Under the pieces are notes generated by a model. The model ran no database searches. It was not told the origin of the DNA and was given only the letters and a program-made list of their open reading frames with translations. From Candidatus Bruticola sp. (GTDB lineage Bacteria > Vulcanimicrobiota > Xenobia > Xenobiales > Xenobiaceae), in NCBI GenBank assembly GCA_051874735.1, contig JBJEGD010000026.1:32001-96000 (forward strand): 64,000 nt of DNA, given 5' to 3'. Position numbers and translations under genes: made by a program. Position 1 is the stretch's first letter. The number at the start of each line of letters is the position of its first letter. This document shows, piece by piece, positions 20,251 to 30,418 of this stretch.

Positions 20251-20628
20251 ATGAGTAGAGAGTTTTATATTTGTCGTCAGTGCGGAGTTATTGTAGGGTC
20301 TATGGAGCCTTTGGGCGCAGAGTTAATCTGTAATGGTCATCCTATGGAGCTGCTTAAAGCTGGCGCTCAGGATGCTTCTAAAGAGAAACATGTGCCTGAG
20401 GTTAAAGTTCAAGGCAATAGAGTTGAAGTTCAGGTGGGCAGTGTGCTTCATCCGTCTTCTGCTGAGCACTATATTCCTTGGGTATACTTAGAGACTGAAA
20501 AAGGCGGTCAGCGTAAATCTATTAAGCCTGGTGAGGAACCTAAGGCTGTGTTTGAGCTGGTCGATGATAAGCCATTGCGTGTTTATGCTTACTGTAATTT
20601 GCACGGTTTGTGGGTCGCAGAGCTGTAG
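20251..20628 (+). CDS. desulfoferrodoxin / superoxide reductase
   Basis: EKHVP, HP....HYI.W and YCNLHGLW center II ligands; N-terminal CxxC. Confidence 0.93.
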   Translation: MSREFYICRQCGVIVGSMEPLGAELICNGHPMELLKAGAQDASKEKHVPEVKVQGNRVEVQVGSVLHPSSAEHYIPWVYLETEKGGQRKSIKPGEEPKAVFELVDDKPLRVYAYCNLHGLWVAEL

Positions 20629-20645
20629 GCAGAGCATTTATCAAT

Positions 20646-20688
20646 AAAAAAATCGGCCCTCTGCAAAAAGCAGAGGGCCGATTTTTTT
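20646..20688. terminator. bidirectional terminator
   Basis: Perfect AAAAAAATCGGCCCTCTGC-AAAAA-GCAGAGGGCCGATTTTTTT. Confidence 0.92.
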
Positions 20689-20694
20689 AGTTTA

Positions 20695-21381
20695 TTAAAT
20701 AGAAGCGACCTTCTTAGAAGAAGCTCTCTCTTTGTATAAAGGCAGGTATTCAGCCAACACTTCGCTGTCGGGATATCTGGAAGCTAATTTATCGTAAATT
20801 TTGATAGCTTGATCCGCTTTGTTCTGAGCTTCGCAGAGACTGTACTCTATATGAGCTAAAGCTGTAGTAACAACATAAGAGTTAGGATATTTAGAAATGA
20901 ACTCTTGCATTACAGCTGGAACCCTCTTGACATCGAGTGCCTTCTCGCTCATATAACCATCTATGTCGTTAGGATTTTTCTTTTCGTAGGCTGCTTTAAG
21001 ATCTATTTCTAAAATAACTAAATGCTGCCAGGCCTGACGGTCGGAAGGATCTACTTGAGCTACCACAGCGCTATTTCCGAAAGTTTTTTCGTTTTCAATG
21101 TAGAGGGGCTGCTCTAAAACTTCACTCTTGTAGCGGGCAAAAGTCATGGCCTTGACTAAGTCGTAAGTAGCTAAATCTTCTTGAATGTACTTATCGCTTT
21201 CATTTTTATCAACAATTACCAAATGACCCTGCTGTACTTTTTTAGTTAAGTCTTTAGAAAAGAGGGAAGCTACATCCCTTTTGGCAACTATGGACTTTGA
21301 GGTGGTGTTAAAACCAAAAAACATATTTACTACCCACAGCAGCACTGCAAAAACAACGATTATTTTTATAAATTTTACCAT
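20695..21381 (-). CDS. hypothetical membrane-anchored protein with C-terminal TPR-like helices
   Basis: N-terminal TM helix; FISKYPNS and RYPDS turns typical of BamD/CpoB-like TPRs. Confidence 0.65.
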   Translation of the reverse strand: MVKFIKIIVVFAVLLWVVNMFFGFNTTSKSIVAKRDVASLFSKDLTKKVQQGHLVIVDKNESDKYIQEDLATYDLVKAMTFARYKSEVLEQPLYIENEKTFGNSAVVAQVDPSDRQAWQHLVILEIDLKAAYEKKNPNDIDGYMSEKALDVKRVPAVMQEFISKYPNSYVVTTALAHIEYSLCEAQNKADQAIKIYDKLASRYPDSEVLAEYLPLYKERASSKKVASI

Positions 21382-21617
21382 AGCTCTCTCTTAGACAGCA
21401 TCACGCTGCATTTTTTTCTTAAAAAATTATACCAAAAAAATCGCACTCAAATAACGAGTCCTTTCTTAAATAGAAGCTCGACTCAAAAGGCGATCTCTAA
21501 TAGAAATTATACTTTTAGTTGAAATATCCCACCTGTTCATTAATTATCTAGAGATAATATCTAGCTTTACTAAGGCTTGAAAAATTTTTTTTACCTAATT
21601 TACAGAAAAAAAGGCAT

Positions 21618-21657
21618 AAAAAATGCCGAATCACGATTTTTATCTGATTCGGCATTT
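21618..21657 (-). terminator. terminator after lipoprotein gene
   Basis: AAATGCCGAATCA..TGATTCGGCATTT. Confidence 0.7.
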
Positions 21658-21705
21658 CTTATTTTTTTACTATCTAACGGCCTCTACACAAACAACGGTC
21701 GGCCA

Positions 21706-23289
21706 TTATAAAGTTTGAATGCTAGTCTGATAGCAGTAAACATGACTTCTATCGGTATTGACGTCGCTGCCCCAATTCCAGTGAGTAGTGAACATGAACT
21801 GAACGGGATACTGACCATCAACCTCATCAGACGGATAAGATATCAAACCAAAAGGATCGACCAGTTTGTCAAGTATATCAATATTTGACTTGTTGACGAT
21901 CTTTTTAGATTTGGCATCGTAGCGAACAAAGCTGAGCGTACCTTTAAGCTGAGGATTGTTGTAAAGGGTTGTGGTTCCAGTTGTAAGGTAAGCCAAATCG
22001 AGATAGCGCTTCTGATCGTCGTTCAAAGGATTCGTGAGGTTCAAGCTTACAGGGTACTGCAAGTTGTCGAGAATCATTTCGTACTCGGGATCGTTGACAC
22101 GCAAGTTGTCTAATGTCTCATCATATCTGGTCTTGTATTTGTAGATCCAGAGAGCACCGTCGGTAGCTGATTTGGTAGCACGGCCGTAGCAATCTAGGGC
22201 GAAACCGCTGGAAATAGCTAAATACTGGTTGCCTGCGCCATCGTTATCTTCTACGTTCTTTATCCAAACCAGATCGTAAGGGTTGAGGCGATCGCTGTAG
22301 CGATTTTCAGGAGTAATGTAGTTTATGAACTTAGGATTGGTCAAGCCTGTTCCGTATTTATGATCGGAGCTTCTGAGGTCATCTTCCGTTCTATTATTAA
22401 CAAACAAATAAATCCTACCGTCTCCCTGGCAGCTAACAGTAGCGTAAGGGCCTGATGAAGCGTTGATCATAGACGGATAATTTAAGCCACTCACGGCAAT
22501 GCCCAAGTGGTTTTCGTCTTTTAGACTAGTTTTCTCCAGGAAGTCTTCCTCGAAAGCAATGAACTTAACGGTGCCGTTCTCTACGTAATCTGTCCAAAAT
22601 AGAGTATTTACAGCGTTTTCTTCGTGACTGAAGCTCTGCCTACCAAAAGAGCAGACTAGAGGGCAAGTGGTTGAAAGAGCAGTACCGTAGTCGAATACGT
22701 TTACAGCTTTAGCTTCGTTCCAACCGTCAGCGCGGCTTCCTAAGCTCATAAGATAAACAGCCTTCTTTGTTCCCAAATCGGTAACTGCTAAATAGAGTAT
22801 GTCGTCATCGGGATTATTAGGGGTATTGGAATCGTTGATCATACCCGTAATGTAGAAAGGATTCTCAAAAGTGTTATTTTTGTCAAAAGTATTGTTGCCT
22901 ACGCGGAAGCGAACCGGAACTTCTTTAGGCTCTTCTTCTTTAGAACCTATACTATATTTTATCAGTCGGTACTTGCACTGCTGACTACTTAAACCGCTGC
23001 CGCCAGCATAAAAACCCTGAAGGGTGTAAATATTATCTTCGTCGTCGAGATACTGATAAGTAGGATTATGAATATCTCTGTTAGCTAGGGCATCGTAAAG
23101 CTCATCTTGGACTGGCTCCGGAGGGGCCGGAGGTTCAGGTGTAGTTGTGGAGGTCGGAGCTATGCTCGTGTTGGTGGGGAATGGATCCAACACGCCCATA
23201 CCGCTACCTGAGCCCCCGCAACCAATTACTGAGAGAGATACTGCTGATAGAACTGAAAAAATGGCAATGCCTAATCCGTGCCTCACCAT
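21706..23289 (-). CDS. hypothetical lipoprotein (beta-rich, possibly propeller)
   Basis: VIGC lipobox, Pro/Thr linker, recurring L..P motifs; AGGAGG RBS. Confidence 0.7.
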   Translation of the reverse strand: MVRHGLGIAIFSVLSAVSLSVIGCGGSGSGMGVLDPFPTNTSIAPTSTTTPEPPAPPEPVQDELYDALANRDIHNPTYQYLDDEDNIYTLQGFYAGGSGLSSQQCKYRLIKYSIGSKEEEPKEVPVRFRVGNNTFDKNNTFENPFYITGMINDSNTPNNPDDDILYLAVTDLGTKKAVYLMSLGSRADGWNEAKAVNVFDYGTALSTTCPLVCSFGRQSFSHEENAVNTLFWTDYVENGTVKFIAFEEDFLEKTSLKDENHLGIAVSGLNYPSMINASSGPYATVSCQGDGRIYLFVNNRTEDDLRSSDHKYGTGLTNPKFINYITPENRYSDRLNPYDLVWIKNVEDNDGAGNQYLAISSGFALDCYGRATKSATDGALWIYKYKTRYDETLDNLRVNDPEYEMILDNLQYPVSLNLTNPLNDDQKRYLDLAYLTTGTTTLYNNPQLKGTLSFVRYDAKSKKIVNKSNIDILDKLVDPFGLISYPSDEVDGQYPVQFMFTTHWNWGSDVNTDRSHVYCYQTSIQTL

Positions 23290-23489
23290 TTACCTCCTGG
23301 TAATAGATACTTTTAATTTTTTTTTAGCTTAATTTGCTATGCTGAACAGCGACAGAAAACTCTTCCGCCGCTGGAGGGGCTCCGTTTCGGAAGCCGGGTT
23401 ATAAGCGACAAATATGTTTGTTAGCCATAAATGAAGTTTCCCCCGGCTTCTTTTACAAAGCGGAGGAAACAACATATTTTTTTTACTAG

Positions 23490-25568
23490 TTAGGCTTGTT
23501 TTTCAGCTGCCGCCTTAGCTTCGGCAATTACCTGCTCCGCTACCATAGGCGGAGTCTCTTCGTAATGGTCAAATTCCATAACGAAGGAGCCGCGTCCTTG
23601 AGTAATACTGCGCAGGTCGATGGCGTAGCGCTGCATCTCTGCCAAAGGAACTTGAGCGTTAATGCACTGCAGACCGTGGCCGATAGGATCCATGCCACTG
23701 ATTCTGCCGCGCTTAGAGTTGAGATCGCCGATTACATCGCCCATATAAGAGTCGGGAACGGTAACTTCAACATTAACAATAGGCTCTAAGATGACAGGCT
23801 TGGCTTTGGGAGCGCCGTTCTTGAATGCTTGCATACCGGCAATCTGGAAGGCCATATCAGAGGAGTCCACTTCGTGCATCTTGCCATCGAAGAGACGAAC
23901 TTTGACATCTACTACGGGGTTGCCGGCTAATATACCGCTCTCCATAGCTTTGCGTACGCCTTTTTCTACTGCAGGTATATAGTTCTTGGAAACTACACCG
24001 CCGACGATATTGTCTTCAAATACGAAACCGCTGCCTGAAGGAAGGCCGCTGATTTCAATGCTGACTTGGGCAAATTGACCGCGTCCGCCCGCTTGTTTCT
24101 TGTGACGATAGTCTTCAGAAACCTTACCTTTAATAGTTTCGCGATAAGGAATTTTGCGAGCATAGAGCTCTACGTCTACGCCCATTCTCTTGAGACGCTC
24201 AACGCAAAGGTCGAGCTGTACATCGCCGATACCTGTAAGAATACTCTGGTGGGTCTCTTCTACGCGATCCAGCTTAAGAGTGGGATCCTCTTGGAGCAGA
24301 CGCTGTAAGTTAGCAGAAAGTTTGTCCTCATCAGCTTTAGATTTCGCTCTGATAGCTCTAGAGAAGAAGGGACGAGGCAAGTCTAACCCGGGCAACACTA
24401 CCTTGCGGGAAGCGTCAGAAAGAGTTTCACCGGTAGCAGAAGCGCCTAAGCGACCCACAGCTACAATGTCGCCGGCAGGAGCTTCCGCGACTTTTTCCTG
24501 GCTCTTACCGCGAATGGAAAGTAAACTGCCGATCTTCTCATCAGTGCCGCGCGACAAATTGTGCAACACGCTGTCAGGACGCAAAGTGCCGGAGAAGACG
24601 CGCATATAAGAAATTTTTCCTACGTAGGGATCAGAACTGGTTTTGAAGATGAGAGCTACAGCGGGAGCCTTAGAATCGGCAGCAATATCTACATCGTTGC
24701 CATCACCGTCTTTAGCTACTGTGTCAGCAGTAGGAGCAGGAGCGTAATTTATGACGGCGTCAGCTAATAAGCTGATACCTTTAAGCGTTATAGAGGAACC
24801 GCACAGAGCCGGTACAATCGTACCATTCGCCACTAAAATTTTGAGGCCGGCCTTGATCTCATCAACAGAGAGTTCCATGGCTTCAAAATATTTTTCAGTG
24901 AGCTCATCAGTTGCCTCAGCGGCGACTTCAACGAGCTGCTCGCGATAGGACTCAACCTCATCGGCCATATCAGCGGGAATAGCAATCTCTGTAGGCACGC
25001 CCTTGGCGCCAAAAGAATATGCTTTCTGATCGATGAGATCTATTACACCACTGAAGCTATCAGCAGCACCTATGGGAAGCTGAATGGGAACAACACGAGC
25101 TCCTTTGAGCTTCTCTTTAGATTCATCAATTAAGTGATGGAAATTTGCATTCTCTTTATCCATCTTGTTGATGAACATAAGGCGGGCTTTGGAACGGGCT
25201 TCGCATAAATCCCAAATTTTCTCCATGCCGACTTCTGTACCGGAGTTAGCAGCAGCCACTAAAATGGCGCATTCGACAACTCTGAGAGCCCCAAGGCTCT
25301 CAGATACGAAATCGAAGAATCCTGGAGTGTCGATAACATTTATTTTGTTCTCTTTCCACTCTATAGGAACCAAAGCGGAGAACACGCTCATAGCGCGCTT
25401 AATCTCGTCAGGATCAAAGTCGGCTGTGGTATTGCCGCTTTCAATTTTGCCAAGTCTGTCGATGGCGCCTGAGGTGTAAAGCAAGGCTTCAGCTAAAGAA
25501 GTTTTGCCGGCTCCTTGGTGGCCGAATAATCCAATATTGCGAATCTTTTCTGTGTGATAAATGTTCAC
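23490..25568 (-). CDS. fusA: elongation factor G paralog (EF-G2 type)
   Basis: GHQGAGKT, DTPGFFDF, NKMD, HKKQAGGRGQF, HEVDSS; not within a str operon. Confidence 0.92.
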   Translation of the reverse strand: MNIYHTEKIRNIGLFGHQGAGKTSLAEALLYTSGAIDRLGKIESGNTTADFDPDEIKRAMSVFSALVPIEWKENKINVIDTPGFFDFVSESLGALRVVECAILVAAANSGTEVGMEKIWDLCEARSKARLMFINKMDKENANFHHLIDESKEKLKGARVVPIQLPIGAADSFSGVIDLIDQKAYSFGAKGVPTEIAIPADMADEVESYREQLVEVAAEATDELTEKYFEAMELSVDEIKAGLKILVANGTIVPALCGSSITLKGISLLADAVINYAPAPTADTVAKDGDGNDVDIAADSKAPAVALIFKTSSDPYVGKISYMRVFSGTLRPDSVLHNLSRGTDEKIGSLLSIRGKSQEKVAEAPAGDIVAVGRLGASATGETLSDASRKVVLPGLDLPRPFFSRAIRAKSKADEDKLSANLQRLLQEDPTLKLDRVEETHQSILTGIGDVQLDLCVERLKRMGVDVELYARKIPYRETIKGKVSEDYRHKKQAGGRGQFAQVSIEISGLPSGSGFVFEDNIVGGVVSKNYIPAVEKGVRKAMESGILAGNPVVDVKVRLFDGKMHEVDSSDMAFQIAGMQAFKNGAPKAKPVILEPIVNVEVTVPDSYMGDVIGDLNSKRGRISGMDPIGHGLQCINAQVPLAEMQRYAIDLRSITQGRGSFVMEFDHYEETPPMVAEQVIAEAKAAAEKQA

Positions 25569-25598
25569 TAGCGGTCCCTCCGTACCGGGCGGGTCAAA

Positions 25599-25832
25599 TT
25601 ATTCTGCTGTAGCAGGGGTTTCTTCGGCAGCAGTCTCTACAGCGGCTTCTGCGGGTTTATTTTTGGGCTGATAACCTTCACGGTACTCGATGGGAATATA
25701 CTTGCCTTCTTTTACGGCAACTTCTCTGAGCCATCTGGCGCCGCCAATGCGTACCCAATCCTGACCTTCGATAGGAGCGCAGGACTTGCGGCATTTAGCT
25801 GGGGCGTTCTTTTTCGGCTTAGCAACAGACAT
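25599..25832 (-). CDS. small hypothetical protein, basic N-terminus and Ala/Glu tail
   Basis: GGAGGT RBS; 30 nt upstream of fusA on the same strand. Confidence 0.7.
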   Translation of the reverse strand: MSVAKPKKNAPAKCRKSCAPIEGQDWVRIGGARWLREVAVKEGKYIPIEYREGYQPKNKPAEAAVETAAEETPATAE

Positions 25833-26006
25833 TTTAAATTAATACCTCCGTATTACAGCGCCAATACCGCAACTTTATGCCTAGAAAGTCGGCTGGCGCA
25901 GAAACTTATAATGAAACGATATTATTACACAAATTTAGTAATTTTACAAAATTCTGTAAGCTTTTCTTTTACCTTAATGTTTATCCTTCTTGTGGAGGTA
26001 CTAATT

Positions 26007-26402
26007 TTAGTCCTCATTCCTGTAAGCGATAGCTTCTACTTCTATTTTGACGCCTTTGGGGAGTGCGGCTGCCTGAATGGCAGAGCGGGCCGGCGCATTG
26101 TCAGTAAAAAATTGAGCATATACTTCGTTAAATTCTGCAAAATCGGCTATATTGTCTAAAAAACAGGTAGTTTTTAACACTTTAGAAAGATCGCTGCCAG
26201 CAGCTTCCAGTACGTTTTGCAGGTTTTTTAGCGCCTGCTTTGTTTGTTCTGCTGTTGTTGCACCTACTATCGTTCCATTTTGAGGATCTAGAGGGATTTG
26301 ACCTGAACAGAAGACCAAATTCCCCCAGCATACGGCTTGAGAGTAGGGCCCTATAGCTTGAGGAGCTTGGTTAGAGATAACTATTTCTTGTTTGAGTTCC
26401 AT
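26007..26402 (-). CDS. ridA: RidA family enamine/imine deaminase
   Basis: AP.AIGPYSQA, SGQIP, FNEVY..FF, PARS, LPKG..IEVEAIA. Confidence 0.94.
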   Translation of the reverse strand: MELKQEIVISNQAPQAIGPYSQAVCWGNLVFCSGQIPLDPQNGTIVGATTAEQTKQALKNLQNVLEAAGSDLSKVLKTTCFLDNIADFAEFNEVYAQFFTDNAPARSAIQAAALPKGVKIEVEAIAYRNED

Positions 26403-26637
26403 GGTACAGACTAATTTCTCCTTAAATAGTTATTAGTTTGCAAGTTAGGTATTTTTTTGGAAAAAAACTTTATATACCCAATTGTTAATTATTAGGATTG
26501 AGCGTCATTATATCAATTAGGAATCCCAATTGAATACAGATCAGAAGTTAAAGTAGTGGAAGGGAAGATAAGTCCAAATTGTAGAAAATCGGGAGGCTTT
26601 GTTTTTTTTATCCGATAAATTATAGAGAGCTTATGCT

Positions 26638-28494
26638 GTGAAAGAGAAAGTTGCTATTTCTTGTACCGCAGAGTTTAATACGGCTTTAAAGAGCGGGGCT
26701 GTCGCCTTTATATTGAGCTTGTTACTGTACTTTTGGGCCATGGCCCCGGCCCTTCCGCCAGGTTTTGACAGCGCTGAGCTGATTAGTGCTTGTGCATCAG
26801 GAGGGATCGCTCATCCTCCTGGTTATCCTCTGTACACTATGCTTGGATGGGGGCTTTGTTCGTTAAATATAGCTGAACCAGCTTTAACTATGAATGCCTT
26901 TTCTGCCTGCTGCAGTGCCTTAACCTGCGGAGGCATCGCTTTTACTGCAACTTTGCTATTAGATTCAGCTGCAGCCGCTTTAGTTGCTGCTTTGCTTTTC
27001 GGCTTCGCTTTGAGTCCTTGGCGGATGGCTGTGGGAGCTGAGGTCTTTTCACTTCATTTGCTTTTTCTAAGTTTTTTAATAGCTGCGGCTGCAGTTTATA
27101 AGCTGTTTCCTGAGCATCGTTTCGCACTGATATGTTTGATAAGTTTTGTATTGGGACTTTCTTTAAGCCACCATCATACTTCTATTTTGCTTGTGCCGGG
27201 ATTAGTTCTTTATATTTATCTTTGTCAAAAAAATGGGGCTAATTTCAGTCGCGCAAGTTCGAAAACGGGCTTAAATTCCTATATTGACTCTTTAATTAAG
27301 CCAGGGGTAATAGCGATCATCTGTTTCTTGGTCGGTTTATTGCCTTATTTTTGGCTTATTCTGCGTGCTCAGTATTTAACTGCCAATGCTGATTCTTCGA
27401 CAGCCTTTAATTGGGGAAATCCTTCAAATTGGAAAAATTTTTGGTGGGTAATTTCCAGAAGTGGATACGGCAGTTTACAGCTTAGTACTAAAGGGGATGG
27501 TGCGTCCTCTTCTGCTTCTCTGTTTTATTGGGGCTATTCTTTGGCTGCTTTGCAGTTTAAATTGCCAGGAATAATTTTAGGACTATTCGGTTTAGTAATG
27601 GTTTGGCGTAAGTATCGGGCTGAGTTCTGGCTTTGGGGACTTCTTTTGCTTTTGTCTGGTCCTTGCTGGGCTCTATACGCTGCTCAGCCAGATTCTTTGG
27701 GATATAAAGAAATGATGGAGCGTTTTTACTGCGCTTCTTATTTGGCCTTTAGTTTTTTTATTGCTGCTGGAGTTGTTACATTTTGGCAAAAGTTTAGCTC
27801 TGCTTTTGGGAAAGTTTTTTGGGGGCAGGCCGTTATTTTATTGGCTTTAATATGGTCTTTGGCCAGTAACTGGATTGGCGCTTCTGAACGCGGTCAATAT
27901 TTAGTAAATGATACTATAAAATGTATGGCAGATTCTATCCCTGATAACGGTATAGCAGTGATGCAGAATGATGCCGTCTGCGGGGGTATGTTGTATGCTA
28001 AAACTGTATGGAAGCGCAAATTTATGGTAATACCTGTGGGAGTGTGTCGCTCCCAGTGGTTTATAGAATCTCTACCTGAGAAATACCGGCTAATTTTGCA
28101 ATATCAGGGACTGAGTGCTTTTTTAGAAAGGGCTTGGCGCGATGGTCATCCCGTTTATTTTGACGACGAGCAGACGGCGGGGCAATGCGGTTTGGAATAC
28201 GCTTCTCGTCATAATGTAGTGCGGTGTGGGCTGCTCTTTCGTTATGAAATGAATGGAGAACACATATACAGTTCTGAGAGGCAGTTAGACCTTTTCCGTG
28301 AGCAAGAATTTAAAAAATTACAACAAGCCCAAAAAATGTGCCGTTCGTTGGAATTAAAAAATATAGAGGTGCGTCCCTTCTGGCATCAGTTTATGTTTTA
28401 CCGATGGGAGCGCACCTATAAAGTTCTGCATAGTTCAAAACTTAGCCGTATAGAAGAATTTTGTCTGCAGGCTGAAAAATCAAAGCTCAGATAG
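26638..28494 (+). CDS. DUF2723 / TMEM260-like GT-C membrane glycosyltransferase
   Basis: DSAEL....GIAHPPGYPLY, AEVFSL, HH.T, NWGNP; multiple TM helices. Confidence 0.85.
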   Translation: MKEKVAISCTAEFNTALKSGAVAFILSLLLYFWAMAPALPPGFDSAELISACASGGIAHPPGYPLYTMLGWGLCSLNIAEPALTMNAFSACCSALTCGGIAFTATLLLDSAAAALVAALLFGFALSPWRMAVGAEVFSLHLLFLSFLIAAAAVYKLFPEHRFALICLISFVLGLSLSHHHTSILLVPGLVLYIYLCQKNGANFSRASSKTGLNSYIDSLIKPGVIAIICFLVGLLPYFWLILRAQYLTANADSSTAFNWGNPSNWKNFWWVISRSGYGSLQLSTKGDGASSSASLFYWGYSLAALQFKLPGIILGLFGLVMVWRKYRAEFWLWGLLLLLSGPCWALYAAQPDSLGYKEMMERFYCASYLAFSFFIAAGVVTFWQKFSSAFGKVFWGQAVILLALIWSLASNWIGASERGQYLVNDTIKCMADSIPDNGIAVMQNDAVCGGMLYAKTVWKRKFMVIPVGVCRSQWFIESLPEKYRLILQYQGLSAFLERAWRDGHPVYFDDEQTAGQCGLEYASRHNVVRCGLLFRYEMNGEHIYSSERQLDLFREQEFKKLQQAQKMCRSLELKNIEVRPFWHQFMFYRWERTYKVLHSSKLSRIEEFCLQAEKSKLR

Positions 28495-29290
28495 AGCTCT
28501 CCATACGTTTTCTGGCTTGTAATAAAGAAACCGCATCATCAATATTGTAAGCTGTTTCTGCATAGGAGCTAATAATGCCGCAACAAGGCTGCTTAAGCAG
28601 CCTTGTTGCGGCTTCTTCAATCATGGGTATGGTCAGGCGTCCTATCAAAAAATAAAAGAAAAGCTTAAAACCTAATATTTTGGCAATTTTCCAAGGATTT
28701 TTACGAGCATTAGTTACTTCTGATATGGCTGTTTGTATAGCCTCAGCAGCATTGGCTCTAATACAGGTTAAGCCTCCGCCACAAAAAGTGCCTTCGGCTA
28801 ACTTCACCCAAGTATGTTTTAACTCAGGATATTTAGCTATGGAAACTTTTTTATCTAAAAAGGCATACCAAAGTACATTATTGGATTTTTGAGCACATTT
28901 ATCCAAAAACTCGTCAACTGATTCACTAGTAAGGAAAGGAAGATCTCCTGCCACCAAAAGTACCGGATCATCATTAGAAGGAACCGCTTTTAAGCCGGAA
29001 AAAAGTGAGCTAATCAAGTTAGAACCGGCTGGGGCAACCTCATCGACCCCTTCCCATTCAGCTCCCAGCTCATCTTTTTTTAATGGGCTGACCAATACAA
29101 TTCGACCCACTTTGGAAGAAGTGCGTAAGGCTCGCAAAGTGTGAGCACTCATAGGAAGACTGCCCACCATTATGTGGCCTTTACCTTTCGTTTTAGGCTC
29201 ACTAGCTGGTAAATCTTTTATAGAACCTCCCGCCAAAAGTATAACGTTTAGCGGAGTTTTGAAATCGGAGGGGATATAAGATTTATTCAT
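28487..29290 (-). CDS. MobA-like nucleotidyltransferase family protein
   Basis: VILLAGG, GDLPF, EG.FCGG, RKNP, NIDD. Confidence 0.8.
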   Translation of the reverse strand: MNKSYIPSDFKTPLNVILLAGGSIKDLPASEPKTKGKGHIMVGSLPMSAHTLRALRTSSKVGRIVLVSPLKKDELGAEWEGVDEVAPAGSNLISSLFSGLKAVPSNDDPVLLVAGDLPFLTSESVDEFLDKCAQKSNNVLWYAFLDKKVSIAKYPELKHTWVKLAEGTFCGGGLTCIRANAAEAIQTAISEVTNARKNPWKIAKILGFKLFFYFLIGRLTIPMIEEAATRLLKQPCCGIISSYAETAYNIDDAVSLLQARKRMESSI

Positions 29291-30236
29291 AGCAATCCTT
29301 TTGAGAAAAACTGGTTAAGTGTATATGACCTAAATCATGTAAACTATGGAGTAATTCAGGATTCTCAGTCACCTGTTGATAAATTTTTGGGTTAAGCATG
29401 GCAAAAATAGTTGAACCACTGCCGCAAAGCTGAGCTGCTTGGCAGCCCCAGCTTAGCAGAGTGTTTTTTATCGATTCAAGTTCTGGGCGCAGATGTTTGG
29501 CTGCTGGGTATAAGTCATTCTTCAATTCATTGAGAAAACGAACTTGCCAGAGGTTAGCTTCAGATGAATACGGTTCGGGCTGATTGTTGAGCAGTTCGGC
29601 TAAATTGAATGAACTGTTATGTGCGGGATTGCGTTTGTCAATAGGCAGTTGATCCCAAGCTTTATAAACTTCTGGAGTGCTCAGACCAAAGGGAGGGATG
29701 AGCAAAAGTACTCCCCAGTCTTTGAATAAAGCTGGAGCGGGCTGGGGGGTAAGTTTTTCTCCTTTATTTAGTCCTCTAGCTGTATTTCCTATTAAACCGA
29801 AGGCAACATCTGCTCCCAGCCCTTCTGCAGCCGATAAAAGTTGTTTATGGCTTAAATTTAAATTATATAATTCATTTAAGCCTTTGAGAGCGGCCGCACA
29901 ATCGGCACTTCCTCCTCCCAGTCCTCCGCCAGCAGGTATATGCTTATGCAAAACAAAGCGGCAGGGAAGTTCCTGGCCTATCAGCGTCTGTAGAGCCCGA
30001 TGGGCCTTTATAACTAAATTATCTTGGTCGGCGTTTACTGAAAAGCCGCATCCAATTTTATCAACAATTTCTAAGCTTGTTTCTTTAGCTTTTGTTAAAA
30101 ATAGCAGATCTGCCAACTCTAAACTCTGAAAAATAGTGTCTAGCTGGTGGTATCCATTGGGCAGGGCATCTAAAAGCTCTAAAGTTAGATTTATTTTAGC
30201 TGCGGCCCGATAAGTAAGTGTTTTTTCTTCTTCCAT
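29283..30236 (-). CDS. ispE: 4-diphosphocytidyl-2-C-methyl-D-erythritol kinase
   Basis: AKINL.L, GYH.L, K.IP.GGGLGGGSAD, GADV.F, NDL, GSGST; start placed at ATG 30236. Confidence 0.93.
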   Translation of the reverse strand: MEEEKTLTYRAAAKINLTLELLDALPNGYHQLDTIFQSLELADLLFLTKAKETSLEIVDKIGCGFSVNADQDNLVIKAHRALQTLIGQELPCRFVLHKHIPAGGGLGGGSADCAAALKGLNELYNLNLSHKQLLSAAEGLGADVAFGLIGNTARGLNKGEKLTPQPAPALFKDWGVLLLIPPFGLSTPEVYKAWDQLPIDKRNPAHNSSFNLAELLNNQPEPYSSEANLWQVRFLNELKNDLYPAAKHLRPELESIKNTLLSWGCQAAQLCGSGSTIFAMLNPKIYQQVTENPELLHSLHDLGHIHLTSFSQKDCYE

Positions 30237-30320
30237 ATAAGTATTGCACCTTAAAATTGAAGATATCGAGAATATATCTTGCACCGTCTTTTTGAGAGAT
30301 GTTCCCTTTGCGACATAAAG

Positions 30321-30366
30321 AAAAAAAATCCCCTATTGGTGTTTCTACACGAAAGGGGGATTTTTT
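30321..30366 (-). terminator. terminator-like hairpin
   Basis: AAAAAAAATCCCCT..AGGGGGATTTTTT. Confidence 0.6.
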
Positions 30367-30418
30367 AGTTGAGATTGCTTTACTGATGTAAAGCAGATTC
30401 GTTAAGTGGTACTAAATT

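Noticed and set aside
25911-26159. 82-aa plus-strand ORF
   Set aside because: Antisense to ridA and spans a promoter region; no RBS.
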